Part shown: positions 10,410 to 19,332 of the stretch, in pieces
Position numbering within the stretch: position 1 is the stretch's first letter
Layout of the letters: the number at the start of each line of letters is the position of its first letter
Assembly (NCBI GenBank): GCA_963840035.1
Contig: CAWIXE010000002.1
Location: 544,001 to 608,000 of the forward strand
Direction of reading: 5' to 3'
Source: a candidate division FCPU426 bacterium
GTDB lineage: Bacteria > Oederibacteriota > PGYV01 > Palsa-1178
DNA length: 64,000 nt
The notes under the pieces: generated by a model
What the model saw: the letters and a program-made list of their open reading frames with translations, nothing else
Told to the model about the DNA's origin: nothing
The model's database searches: none
Translations under genes and position numbers: made by a program

Positions 10410-10649
10410 ATGGCAGACAAAACAGTAGAAGAAAGAGTAAAAGACGTAGTTGTAGCGCAGCTTGGCGTGGATCCTTCGGAAGCAAAACCGGAAGCTTCGT
10501 TTGTTGATGACCTTGGAGCCGATTCGCTCGATACAGTTGAGCTTGTTATGGCACTTGAAGAAGAATTCGGCCTGGAAATAGCCGATGAAGACGCCGAAAA
10601 GATCAAAACAGTCGGCGAAACGATTGAATTCGTTAAGTCAAAGATATAA
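10410..10649 (+). CDS. acpP: Acyl carrier protein
   Basis: [20 protein letters not shown]. Confidence 0.97.
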   Translation: MADKTVEERVKDVVVAQLGVDPSEAKPEASFVDDLGADSLDTVELVMALEEEFGLEIADEDAEKIKTVGETIEFVKSKI

Positions 10650-10680
10650 GGCTTAACAAAATCCAAATCAGAGGTTTCGC

Positions 10681-11925
10681 ATGAAGAATAAAAGAGTAGT
10701 AATTACCGGCATGGGCGTGATTACGCCCGTTGGTAACAATGTTAATGATACGTGGGCAGCCCTTTTAGAAGGCAAAAACGGCATAGGGCCGATAACGCAC
10801 TTTGACACTGCGAAATACAAGACCAGGATTGCCGGTACCATAAAGAACTTTGACGCCACAGAGGTTATGGATAAAAAGGAAATAAGGCGCACTCCGCTTT
10901 ATATCCAGCTGGGCTTAAAGGCGAGCAAAGAAGCCATTGAGCAGTCGGGGATACTGAATTTTCCCGGATTAAATAAGGACCGCGTAGCGGTGCTTATGGG
11001 CTCGGGCGTAGGCGGCATCAATGTAACGGAAGAGCAGCAGACCGTGCTCCTTGAAAAAGGACCGGACAGGATCTCACCGTTCCTTATCGCCATGCTTATA
11101 CCCAACATGGCGTCGGCATTTGTATCCATGAAGTACGGTTTCAGGGGGCCAAACATGTGCATAGTCACGGCATGCGCCACCGGAACCCATTCCATAGGCG
11201 AAGCCGCGAATATTATTCAGAGAGGCGACGCTGATGTGGCAATTGCAGGCGGTACTGAAGCCGCGATTACACCGCTCGGTTTAGCCGGATTCCAGGCAGC
11301 GAGAAGCTTATCGGAAAGAAATGACGACCCGGAGCACGCGTCCAGGCCTTTTGACAAAGACCGCGACGGGTTTGTCATGGCTGACGGTTCGGGCATGATG
11401 GTACTCGAGTCACTTGAACACGCACAGGCGCGCGGCGCGAAGATTCTTGCCGAGTACGCCGGTTATGGCGCTTCAGATGACGCTTACCACATGACAGCGC
11501 CTTCGGCTGACGGCGGCGGAGCCATACTGTGCATGAAAAACGCGTTGAATGACGCGGGCATCGGTGTCAACGACGTAAGCTATATCAACGCCCATGGTAC
11601 TTCCACTGAACTGAACGATAAGACAGAGTCACTGGCTGTGAGGACCCTTTTTGGGGCGCAGGCTTATAAGGTGCCGATATCATCGACAAAATCGATGACC
11701 GGACACATGCTCGGCGGAACAGGCGCTGTGGAAGCTATCATCTGCGCCATGTCCTGCATGAATAACGTTATCCATCCCACCAGGAACTTTGTTCAGGGCG
11801 GGGAAGGCTGCGACCTGGATTACGTGCCAAATACGAAAAGATCGCTTGAGGTAAACTACGCATTATCAAACTCTTTCGGTTTCGGGGGCCACAACGGCTC
11901 GATAATAATAAAGAAGTTCAGGTAA
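10681..11925 (+). CDS. fabF: Beta-ketoacyl-ACP synthase II
   Basis: TACATG, INAHGTST, KSMTGH and NSFGFGG motifs. Confidence 0.96.
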   Translation: MKNKRVVITGMGVITPVGNNVNDTWAALLEGKNGIGPITHFDTAKYKTRIAGTIKNFDATEVMDKKEIRRTPLYIQLGLKASKEAIEQSGILNFPGLNKDRVAVLMGSGVGGINVTEEQQTVLLEKGPDRISPFLIAMLIPNMASAFVSMKYGFRGPNMCIVTACATGTHSIGEAANIIQRGDADVAIAGGTEAAITPLGLAGFQAARSLSERNDDPEHASRPFDKDRDGFVMADGSGMMVLESLEHAQARGAKILAEYAGYGASDDAYHMTAPSADGGGAILCMKNALNDAGIGVNDVSYINAHGTSTELNDKTESLAVRTLFGAQAYKVPISSTKSMTGHMLGGTGAVEAIICAMSCMNNVIHPTRNFVQGGEGCDLDYVPNTKRSLEVNYALSNSFGFGGHNGSIIIKKFR

Positions 11926-11939
11926 AAAAGGAAAGTTAC

Positions 11940-12599
11940 ATATTTTCCTACCTGCGTAAAAGCAGGCTGCTGAACTCCAAAGAAGTAAAGCAGGCGCTGA
12001 CACACAAGTCAGTGAATGATTTGCATTACGAAAGGCTTGAGTTCCTGGGTGATTCCATACTCGGGGCCGTGGTAAGCGATTTTCTTTACCATGAGATAAA
12101 ACAGCCTGACGTAGGCGCCATAGCCAAGCTTAAAGGGTACCTTGTAAGCAAAGAGGTGCTTTATAAGATAGGCGCTGAGAACCAGCTGGCCGGCCGTGTC
12201 AACTTAGGTTCGGCATTAAAGGTAAAGGACATCGAGAATAACAAGAAGATAATAAGCGATGTCATAGAGTCCATAATCGGGGCCATTTACCTTTTGAAAG
12301 GCTATCAGGAAGCAAGGAAGTTCATCCTGCATATTTACGAAGAAGAGTTTAAGGACCTTAAGTCCCGTACGGATTTCGGGGATTATAAGTCCGGGCTCCA
12401 GATAAAAGTGCTCGCAACCTCGGGGAAGCTGCCGGAGTATACGGTGGTAAAGTCCGAAGGCCGGGAGCACATAAAGGTTTTCTTTGTGGACGTTGCGGTA
12501 AACGGGGCGGTAATAGGCTCGGGTCAGGGAAAGACCATAAAGGAAGCTGAACAAATGGCGGCGCAGAGGGCCATGGAAAAAATGCTTAAGGAGGAATAA
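11940..12599 (+). CDS. rnc: Ribonuclease III (probable non-canonical start)
   Basis: ERLEFLGD signature and C-terminal dsRBD; the QALTHKS motif lies upstream of the first GTG (12012), so the start is placed at ATA 11940 by inference. Confidence 0.88.
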   Translation: MFSYLRKSRLLNSKEVKQALTHKSVNDLHYERLEFLGDSILGAVVSDFLYHEIKQPDVGAIAKLKGYLVSKEVLYKIGAENQLAGRVNLGSALKVKDIENNKKIISDVIESIIGAIYLLKGYQEARKFILHIYEEEFKDLKSRTDFGDYKSGLQIKVLATSGKLPEYTVVKSEGREHIKVFFVDVAVNGAVIGSGQGKTIKEAEQMAAQRAMEKMLKEE

Positions 12600-12604
12600 A
12601 AGAA

Positions 12605-13786
12605 ATGAATTATTTTTTATCAGAAGAAGAACAGATGATAGTGGATACATGCAGGGAGCTTGCCCAGAAAAAGATTAAGCCTGTCAGGGAACACTATGAC
12701 GAAGAGGGAATATTTCCCTGGGATATAGTAAAAGAAATGGCGGACCTCGGGCTCTGCGGACTTTACATACCCGAAGCGTACGGCGGCATGGCCACACCGG
12801 CATCAAACGGCAAAGGCATCATGCAGCTCGTGCTCGCGGTTGAAGAACTTTCGAAAGTTTGCGGCGGCATATCGCTTGCCATGGCAGCCACGGCGCTCGG
12901 CACATTCCCGATTCTTTTGGGAGCAACAGAAGCGCAGAAGAAAAAATACCTTCCAGACATAGCCTCGGGCAAAAAACTCGCGGCGTTCGGCCTTACTGAA
13001 GCTGACGCGGGCTCCGACGCCGGCTCCATGAGGACCACAGCCGTTAAAAAAGGCGACAAGTACATATTGAACGGGACAAAGCAGTGGATCACAAACGGCA
13101 GCGAAGCCGAGACCTACACCGTATTTGCCATGACTGACAAGGCAAAAGGCACCAGGGGCTGCTCCTGCTTCATAGTTGAAAAAGGATGGAAAGGCTTCAC
13201 ATTCGGAAAGAAAGAAAACAAGATGGGCATCAGGGCGTCGGCAACGACCGAACTGATTTTCCAGGATTGCGAAGTACCGGCTGAAAACCTGCTCGGCGGA
13301 AAAGAAGGCATGGGCTTCATCCACGCCGTATGGACACTGAACCACTCGAGGCCGGGAGTTGCGGCACAGGCATTGGGTATAGCCGCGGGCGCACTTGACG
13401 AAGCCCTGGCATACACAAGGCAGAGGGAACAGTTCGGTTCCAAGATATCGCAGTTCCAGGCTGTCCAGCATATACTCGCCAATATGGCGGTAGATGTTGA
13501 AGCGGCAAGGGCCCTCCTGTATCAGGTATCGCGTTCAGTTGACGCGGGCGCCGCTGATTTCGCTAAGGACTCGGCCATGGCAAAGTATTACGCTTCCGAA
13601 GTGGCCATGAGGGTCACGACAAACGCGGTCCAGCTTTTCGGCGGATACGGATACATGAAAGAGTACCCGGTAGAGAAGATGATGAGGGACGCGAAGATAA
13701 CCCAGATATATGAAGGAACAAGCCAGATACAGTTAAATGAGATAGCCGCGAAAATGATCAAGGAATCGGCGGCAAAGAAGAAATAA
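12605..13786 (+). CDS. Acyl-CoA dehydrogenase (butyryl-CoA dehydrogenase-like)
   Basis: FGLTEADAGSD, GTKQWITNG, GGYGY and RDAKITQIYEGT motifs. Confidence 0.93.
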   Translation: MNYFLSEEEQMIVDTCRELAQKKIKPVREHYDEEGIFPWDIVKEMADLGLCGLYIPEAYGGMATPASNGKGIMQLVLAVEELSKVCGGISLAMAATALGTFPILLGATEAQKKKYLPDIASGKKLAAFGLTEADAGSDAGSMRTTAVKKGDKYILNGTKQWITNGSEAETYTVFAMTDKAKGTRGCSCFIVEKGWKGFTFGKKENKMGIRASATTELIFQDCEVPAENLLGGKEGMGFIHAVWTLNHSRPGVAAQALGIAAGALDEALAYTRQREQFGSKISQFQAVQHILANMAVDVEAARALLYQVSRSVDAGAADFAKDSAMAKYYASEVAMRVTTNAVQLFGGYGYMKEYPVEKMMRDAKITQIYEGTSQIQLNEIAAKMIKESAAKKK

Positions 13787-13789
13787 AGA

Positions 13790-13890
13790 CAGTTCGGAGT
13801 TCGGAGGGTAGGGTTCGGAGTTCGGTCCGTTAGATCGAACTCCGAACTCCGAACTCCGAACCCCGAACTTCGAACTTCGAACTTCGAACT
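13790..13890. repeat. Heptamer tandem repeats (GTTCGGA then TCCGAAC/TTCGAAC) in inverted arrangement
   Basis: Directly visible; the two tracts are complementary. Confidence 0.9.
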
Positions 13891-13912
13891 TATACTTTTA
13901 AGGAGGCACTAA

Positions 13913-14701
13913 ATGAGAATCGTTGTTTGCATTAAGCAGGTTCCTGACACGACTAACATCAAAGTCGACCCGGAAACAGGGACACTGAAAAGGGAGACCG
14001 CGGGTACGGTAATGAACCCCTTTGATATGTACGCTGTTGAAGAAGGATTGAGGATTAAAGAGAAAGTTGGAGGCACCGTTACAGTTGTAACCATGGGGCC
14101 GCCTATGGCGAAAGAAATGCTGAAGGTTACCATTGGAATGGGCGTTGATGAAGCAGTCCTTTTAAGCGACAGGCTCCTTGCCGGAAGCGACACATGGGCA
14201 ACATCATACGCGCTCGCCAAAGCGGCTGAGAAGATAGGCTGCGACATCATACTTTTTGGAAAGCAGGCAGTGGACGGGGACACGGCGCAGGTTGGCCCGT
14301 CAACGGCGCAGTACATGAAGATGCCTTCGCTTACATGGGTAAAGAAAATCAGGGAAATCAATGATAAAGAGATAGTTGTGGAAAGAATGATGGAAGACGG
14401 CATAGATGTGGTAAAAGCGACACTGCCGGTTGCCCTCACAGTGGTAAAAGAGATCAATGAACCAAGGCTCGAGTCATTAAAAGGCAAGATGCGCGCGAAG
14501 AAGTATGAACCCGCGGTTATGACGCTTGCCGATATTAACGGCGACGAGAAAATGGTCGGCGTTAAGAATTCCCCGACCAGGGTGGCAAAGAGCTGGAACG
14601 CAACAAGGGAAGCGGGCAAAGCCGAGATGATAGAGGGCGATGCGGCAACAAAGGCAGAAAATCTATTTGGCAAGCTTAAATCGCTTGGCCTCGTTAAATA
14701 A
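13913..14701 (+). CDS. etfB: Electron transfer flavoprotein beta subunit
   Basis: VCIKQVPD, NPFD and GKQAVDGDTAQVGP motifs. Confidence 0.94.
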   Translation: MRIVVCIKQVPDTTNIKVDPETGTLKRETAGTVMNPFDMYAVEEGLRIKEKVGGTVTVVTMGPPMAKEMLKVTIGMGVDEAVLLSDRLLAGSDTWATSYALAKAAEKIGCDIILFGKQAVDGDTAQVGPSTAQYMKMPSLTWVKKIREINDKEIVVERMMEDGIDVVKATLPVALTVVKEINEPRLESLKGKMRAKKYEPAVMTLADINGDEKMVGVKNSPTRVAKSWNATREAGKAEMIEGDAATKAENLFGKLKSLGLVK

Positions 14702-14715
14702 GGGGGCACATACAC

Positions 14716-15723
14716 ATGGCTGAATTAAATAAAGCGGATTTTAAGGGAGTATGGGTTTTTGCCGAGCAGAGGCGCGGCGTACTTCATAAGGTTGATTTTG
14801 AGCTTTTAGGTAAAGGCAGGGAGCTGGCTGACCAGCTGAAGGTTGAGCTCGCGGCAGTCCTTATAGGAAACGGAATAAAGGCAAAGGCGCAGGACTTAAT
14901 CGCGGCCGGAGCGGACAAAGTATACGTGGTGGACGACCCGAAACTCGACCATTTCAATGACGAACTTTACGCCAATGTGCTTGCTGACGTGGCGGAACAG
15001 TTCAAGCCTGAGATTATCCTCACAGGCGCGACCGCTGTAGGCAGGGCGTTCTTTCCGAGGGTATCCATACTCTTAAACGCGGGCTTAACAGCTGACTGTA
15101 CGGGTTTTGAACTTGATATGGAAGCCAGGAACTTAATGCAGATCAGGCCGGCATTCGGCGGGTCTCTTATGGCAAAGATTATGACACCTGAGAGAAGGCC
15201 CCAGATGTCAACCGTCAGGTATAAAGTATTCAAACCGCTTACACCTGACGCGGCAAGGAAAGGCGAGATCATCGAACCGAAGATCAAACCGGAGAACCTC
15301 GAGTCAAAGTCGCATTTTGTTGAATTCATTGAGGAACTTGAGACGACAATAAACATCTCTGAAGCCGATATCATAGTATCGGGCGGAAGGGGCGTAGGAA
15401 GCGGAGAAAACTTCAAGCTGGTACGCGACCTCGCGCAGGCATTAGGCGGCGCAGTGGGAGCATCCAGGGCCGCGGTTGACTCAGGCTGGATCGCGTACTC
15501 GCATCAGGTAGGCCAGACTGGAAAGACCGTCTCGCCGAAGATCTACATCGCGTGCGGCATTTCAGGTTCAGTCCAGCACCTGGCGGGCATGCAGTCGTCG
15601 GATATTATCGTAGCGATAAACAAAGACCCGGAAGCGCCGATATTCGGAGTGGCAAAGTTCGGACTCGTTGGTGACTTAAACGAGATCCTCCCGGCGATAA
15701 CGGAAAGGCTGAAGAAGGGCTAA
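14716..15723 (+). CDS. etfA: Electron transfer flavoprotein alpha subunit
   Basis: GLTADCT, RPAFGG, QVGQTG and GISGSVQH motifs. Confidence 0.94.
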   Translation: MAELNKADFKGVWVFAEQRRGVLHKVDFELLGKGRELADQLKVELAAVLIGNGIKAKAQDLIAAGADKVYVVDDPKLDHFNDELYANVLADVAEQFKPEIILTGATAVGRAFFPRVSILLNAGLTADCTGFELDMEARNLMQIRPAFGGSLMAKIMTPERRPQMSTVRYKVFKPLTPDAARKGEIIEPKIKPENLESKSHFVEFIEELETTINISEADIIVSGGRGVGSGENFKLVRDLAQALGGAVGASRAAVDSGWIAYSHQVGQTGKTVSPKIYIACGISGSVQHLAGMQSSDIIVAINKDPEAPIFGVAKFGLVGDLNEILPAITERLKKG

Positions 15724-15760
15724 TTTTCAATTTTCGATTTTGAATTTTCAATTAGATACG

Positions 15761-15790
15761 GGGCCGCCTGAAAAGGCGGCCCTTTTTTAT
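15761..15790 (+). terminator. Intrinsic terminator after etfA
   Basis: GGGCCGCC-TGAAAA-GGCGGCCC followed by a T run. Confidence 0.85.
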
Positions 15791-15811
15791 TAGCATTTCA
15801 ATTACGTCCCT

Positions 15812-16357
15812 GTAGGGGCCGCCCCATGTGGCGGCCCGCACGGTGTTTCGCGTGACGGGTGGATGTGTCCTTGTAGGGGCGGACCTATGTGTCCGCCCGC
15901 ACAGCTTTTCGCGTGGCGGGTGGATGTGTTTTTTGAAGTAACAATGGCTTTGCTTGTATCCTGGCTTGAGATAATCAACATGGCTGGAGGAAGTGTGATG
16001 CTGGAAGGGTATCATTACGGATTGCTAAATTGGGAAGCAGTTGATTAGTCCGCAATCCTCCGAGCCCATACGTTCCTTCAAAAAGCCACATCCACCCGCC
16101 ACGCGCAGCGTTAAAACGCAAATGTGCTTTGTAACGCAATGATTCTAGATTCTTTGTGTTCCTGTAGGGGCCGCCCCCATGCTCGCCGGCTGAAGCTTCA
16201 GCGAAAGCCGGTGGCAGCCCGCAAGGAGGAACAACACAACACCGTTCTTTTTGTTAAGACTTTGATCTCGTAGGGGCGAGCCGGTGGCTCGCCCGGCCTT
16301 AGATCTAAACCCGGGCGAGCCACCGGCCATGTCCAGCGAAGCAGGACTCGCCCCTAC
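15812..16357. repeat. Mixed REP cluster (two other GTAG-REP types plus a family-A pair)
   Basis: GTAGGGGCCGCCCCATGTGGCGGCCC at 15812, GTAGGGGCGGACCTATGTGTCCGCCC at 15873, an insert-bearing copy at 16164, and family A at 16270 (+) and 16311-16357 (-, with insert). Confidence 0.85.
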
Positions 16358-16391
16358 GAAGGACTTTGATTATTGATTGGTAAAATTATAC

Positions 16392-16420
16392 TTGATTCTC
16401 GTAATATTTTACGATATACT
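16392..16420 (+). promoter_or_regulatory. Promoter with palindromic operator for the putative TA operon
   Basis: TTGATT-17-TATACT with TCGTAA-TATT-TTACGA (16399-16414) between the boxes. Confidence 0.7.
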
Positions 16421-16448
16421 TGTTTTAGAAACGAACAAGGAGGTTTAC

Positions 16449-16685
16449 ATGAGCACCATCACCGTAACCCTAAAGATAGACAAAGAAAAGAAAAAAGCCT
16501 TTTACGACTTCTGCCACGAACAGGGCCTCATGGTAAACAAATTCTTCGAAAAAGCCGCTGAAAACGAGATAGAACGCTATTTACTTAACGAAAGCGCCAA
16601 TGTTTTCGCCGGGTATGAGAAGAAAAAGAAGGACGCCGTTGATTTTGACGAGGTTGTAAAGACGATAAAGGCCAAGAAGAAGTAA
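16449..16685 (+). CDS. Putative antitoxin (ribbon-helix-helix-like)
   Basis: AGGAGG RBS; N-terminal TITVTLKID strand then helices; C-terminal VDFDEV resembles RelB-type antitoxins. Confidence 0.65.
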   Translation: MSTITVTLKIDKEKKKAFYDFCHEQGLMVNKFFEKAAENEIERYLLNESANVFAGYEKKKKDAVDFDEVVKTIKAKKK

Positions 16686-16688
16686 CGG

Positions 16689-16988
16689 ATGCGGCTTGTT
16701 AAAATGCTCGCTGATTTCTTAAGGAAATTCCTCCTTCTGTCCGCGGAGGAACAGGCAATAATCACGCGAATCAGGGCGGATGTAGGCAGGAAAAGGGAAT
16801 ACAACAGAAGCGATGGTTTTGTCCGTCTAAAAAGTCCCTACGTCAAAACCGCGCAGCCATTCGTATACGAGCCATCTCTGGACACCCGTCTAAACAAGAT
16901 CCACATGACCGGTCCGTATTTTAGGGTTTGGTTTACAGTTGAAAAGAACGGGTATGTCTATTTTGTGAACTTTGCGAAAGTTGGATAG
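16689..16988 (+). CDS. Putative divergent RelE/ParE-like toxin
   Basis: 99 aa, basic, 3 bp after the antitoxin; FLRKFLLLSAEEQAII and YFRVWFTV...VYFV fit the RelE pattern. Confidence 0.5.
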   Translation: MRLVKMLADFLRKFLLLSAEEQAIITRIRADVGRKREYNRSDGFVRLKSPYVKTAQPFVYEPSLDTRLNKIHMTGPYFRVWFTVEKNGYVYFVNFAKVG

Positions 16989-17008
16989 ACCAATCTTTAA
17001 TTATAACA

Positions 17009-17036
17009 GCGGGTTCGAGTCCTGTTTTCCCCGCCA
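17009..17036 (+). other. Isolated tRNA 3'-end fragment (T-arm plus CCA), possible att scar
   Basis: GCGGG-TTCGAGT-CCTGT-TTTCCCCGCCA with no recognisable 5' half upstream. Confidence 0.6.
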
Positions 17037-17038
17037 TT

Positions 17039-17075
17039 GAAAAAGCCCTTCTCTTTAATTGGAGAAGGGCTTTTC
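17039..17075. terminator. Intrinsic terminator after the tRNA fragment
   Basis: AAAAGCCCTTCTC...GAGAAGGGCTTTT. Confidence 0.8.
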
Positions 17076-17214
17076 TCATTTAAAGACAGGGGTTTATTAA
17101 GCCGAGATTTTCACTGGTTTATCAAATAGGACTACCCAAAACAGCATCTTGAACTTTTATCTTTGTTTTTATCATTTGTGGTGATAAAATAAGTATCAGA
17201 TTAGCGGAGGGAAA

Positions 17215-17682
17215 ATGGAAAAAATCAAGTTACTGATTAAAATCATTTCAACGGTATTTGTTGGATATGTTATTGTTAGTGTGTTTTATACGATGTTTGC
17301 AGTATGTGATGTCAAGATATACGCAACACTATACAATAACTGCGGGGAGAAAATTTATATCCAGCCAATCTTCTACAAAAAAGACAAGGGGAAAATTGAT
17401 AAAATCGTTATTGGGAAGGTGTTGGTACTAAATAATCAAAGTGCAAAAATTTCATCTTCGGGTGCTTTCATTGTGTTGTTAGGTGATAAAAATCTTGAAT
17501 ATAAATTTGACCAAATCAAGTGGGACGATAACGACTATAAATCTTATTATAATTCAAACGATATACTTTTTCGGATTGATGAAAATGAATTGATATATAT
17601 TCTTAATTCAGCAGATAAATCGTTTGCGACAAACAACGCCAAGCAGCCCAAAGGATTTCCGCTCAAACCAATTTTGAAGTAA
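17215..17682 (+). CDS. Hypothetical AT-rich protein with N-terminal TM segment
   Basis: GGAGG RBS; 155 aa ORF. Confidence 0.7.
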   Translation: MEKIKLLIKIISTVFVGYVIVSVFYTMFAVCDVKIYATLYNNCGEKIYIQPIFYKKDKGKIDKIVIGKVLVLNNQSAKISSSGAFIVLLGDKNLEYKFDQIKWDDNDYKSYYNSNDILFRIDENELIYILNSADKSFATNNAKQPKGFPLKPILK

Positions 17683-17947
17683 TTTGTTAAAATGTCTATA
17701 AAACATTATTATCGTATAGTTCAAGTGATTCTTCGGTCGCAATCCACTCCTTCAATTGCCTAATCAAGTTCTGTAAGTTGCCTCGTTTCGTCCGCCATTC
17801 GATACAATGAAGCCTTTCGATGAATTTCCTTACTTCTGTCCGTTATTATTGGATGTTTAACACGACTATTTTTCTTGACCCGGTCGGGGCTTTATAATAT
17901 ACTCATTACGTTGTTTTCTTAGCTTAAAACAATCATGGAGACGAGAA

Positions 17948-18757
17948 GTGAAAAAAACCTTAATAATAGCAACAATAATGACCGTTATATGCGGGTTCTG
18001 TTTTGCGGCTGATGTTCCTGCTGTCATAACACCGGCTACTTCATCAACAGCCTCTTTGACGCCGCTGTCAACGGACGTGCCATATGGAGCCATGTTTGCT
18101 TCGGCTACCACTATCTGTGCTTCTTTGAGCGCTACAATCAAGGACTGGCAGGTCATATCCCCTCTGAACATGAAAGGCCGCTGGCATTTCAGGATGATAC
18201 ATAAGGATAAACCCAACACAATATTAAACGTGGTGGGGCTGCTGGACTCTAAAACAGTCATAAACGGGAATGACTACTATTATTATTTCGTGCCTGCCGA
18301 AAATAAAGGGAATGTTGTCCGTTTTACAAAGGACGGGGCATTCATACGCAACCTGAAGTTCCCGGTGTTCGGCTTCATATTTGTGGATGTGCTGCTTGAG
18401 CCTGAAATGCAGTACCTTAAATTCCCGCTTGTGAAAGGGGATACGTGGGAATCAAAAGCCACGGGTACCGTATTTCTCATGAACTTTTTCAAGATTACAA
18501 GACAGACTTCGGCGAAGTTTACAGTGCTTGATGAAGTTGAAGCTGTGATTGACGGCAAGAAGACCCACATTTTCAGAATCGCAAGCGAGATAGACGAGGG
18601 CGACGGCAAAATTGGGCATGAAGAACACTGGTACGCCATGGACATCGGGCTTGTATATCAGAATACGGACGCTTACAACCTTGAAATATACAAATATCTG
18701 CCGGACGGGGAAGTTGTAACAGACGCCCAGGCTGATACCACACCGGCAAAGTTATAA
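17948..18757 (+). CDS. Hypothetical secreted protein
   Basis: Signal peptide; PLVKGDTWES and WYAMDIGLV resemble beta-rich lipoprotein-like domains. Confidence 0.72.
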   Translation: MKKTLIIATIMTVICGFCFAADVPAVITPATSSTASLTPLSTDVPYGAMFASATTICASLSATIKDWQVISPLNMKGRWHFRMIHKDKPNTILNVVGLLDSKTVINGNDYYYYFVPAENKGNVVRFTKDGAFIRNLKFPVFGFIFVDVLLEPEMQYLKFPLVKGDTWESKATGTVFLMNFFKITRQTSAKFTVLDEVEAVIDGKKTHIFRIASEIDEGDGKIGHEEHWYAMDIGLVYQNTDAYNLEIYKYLPDGEVVTDAQADTTPAKL

Positions 18758-18763
18758 TATATC

Positions 18764-19324
18764 ATGGAAGAAACCCCGAAGCGATTTACAGTATTGCAGG
18801 ACGGGGATAAAACTGTAATCAGGATAAAATCAAACAACAGTCTTTTAAACATGTCCATACTTCTAGTAGTCTTACTTGCCGCTTTTACAGCCACGGTAAT
18901 ACTCTTTAACCTGTTGGGTTTTGTATTCTCCAGGGGCGTCATGGCGGTGATTCTCGGATATACCATGGCAGGAATTTCAATCGTGTTTAAGTGGCTGGCA
19001 GCTTTTATTATAACCCGCGCGGCTCTATGGACGCTCTTTGGCAGCGAAACAATCACGATTGATAAAGAGAAGCTGGTATACGCCAGGAAAATTGCAGGTA
19101 TAGGCTATGAAAAACAGGCGCTGCTCGGCGGGATAAACGGGATAAAAATGACGTCATACGCCCCGGAAAAAGATATTCAATACATGCTTAAGTCGGAGGC
19201 GGAACTGAATAAAGGGTGTTTTGAGGCCGGGACGCAAAGCGGCATCATAAAGATCGGCGTATTTTTAAGTTTTGATGAGGCTGACTATCTTGAAAAACTT
19301 TTTAAAGCGTCGGGGTTGTCCTGA
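18764..19324 (+). CDS. Hypothetical membrane protein
   Basis: Two TM segments then GSETITID. Confidence 0.7.
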   Translation: MEETPKRFTVLQDGDKTVIRIKSNNSLLNMSILLVVLLAAFTATVILFNLLGFVFSRGVMAVILGYTMAGISIVFKWLAAFIITRAALWTLFGSETITIDKEKLVYARKIAGIGYEKQALLGGINGIKMTSYAPEKDIQYMLKSEAELNKGCFEAGTQSGIIKIGVFLSFDEADYLEKLFKASGLS

Positions 19325-19332
19325 GAAGCATG

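Noticed and set aside
12803..14715. Long antisense ORFs (e.g. 12803-13471, 13909-14715 and many others opposite core genes)
   Set aside because: Shadow frames of well-conserved genes with no motifs or RBS
17009..17036. Complete tRNA gene
   Set aside because: No D-arm, anticodon arm or 5' acceptor strand is present; the upstream DNA is the end of a CDS
17700..17860. Possible minus-strand gene remnant
   Set aside because: Short, with no recognisable start or motif
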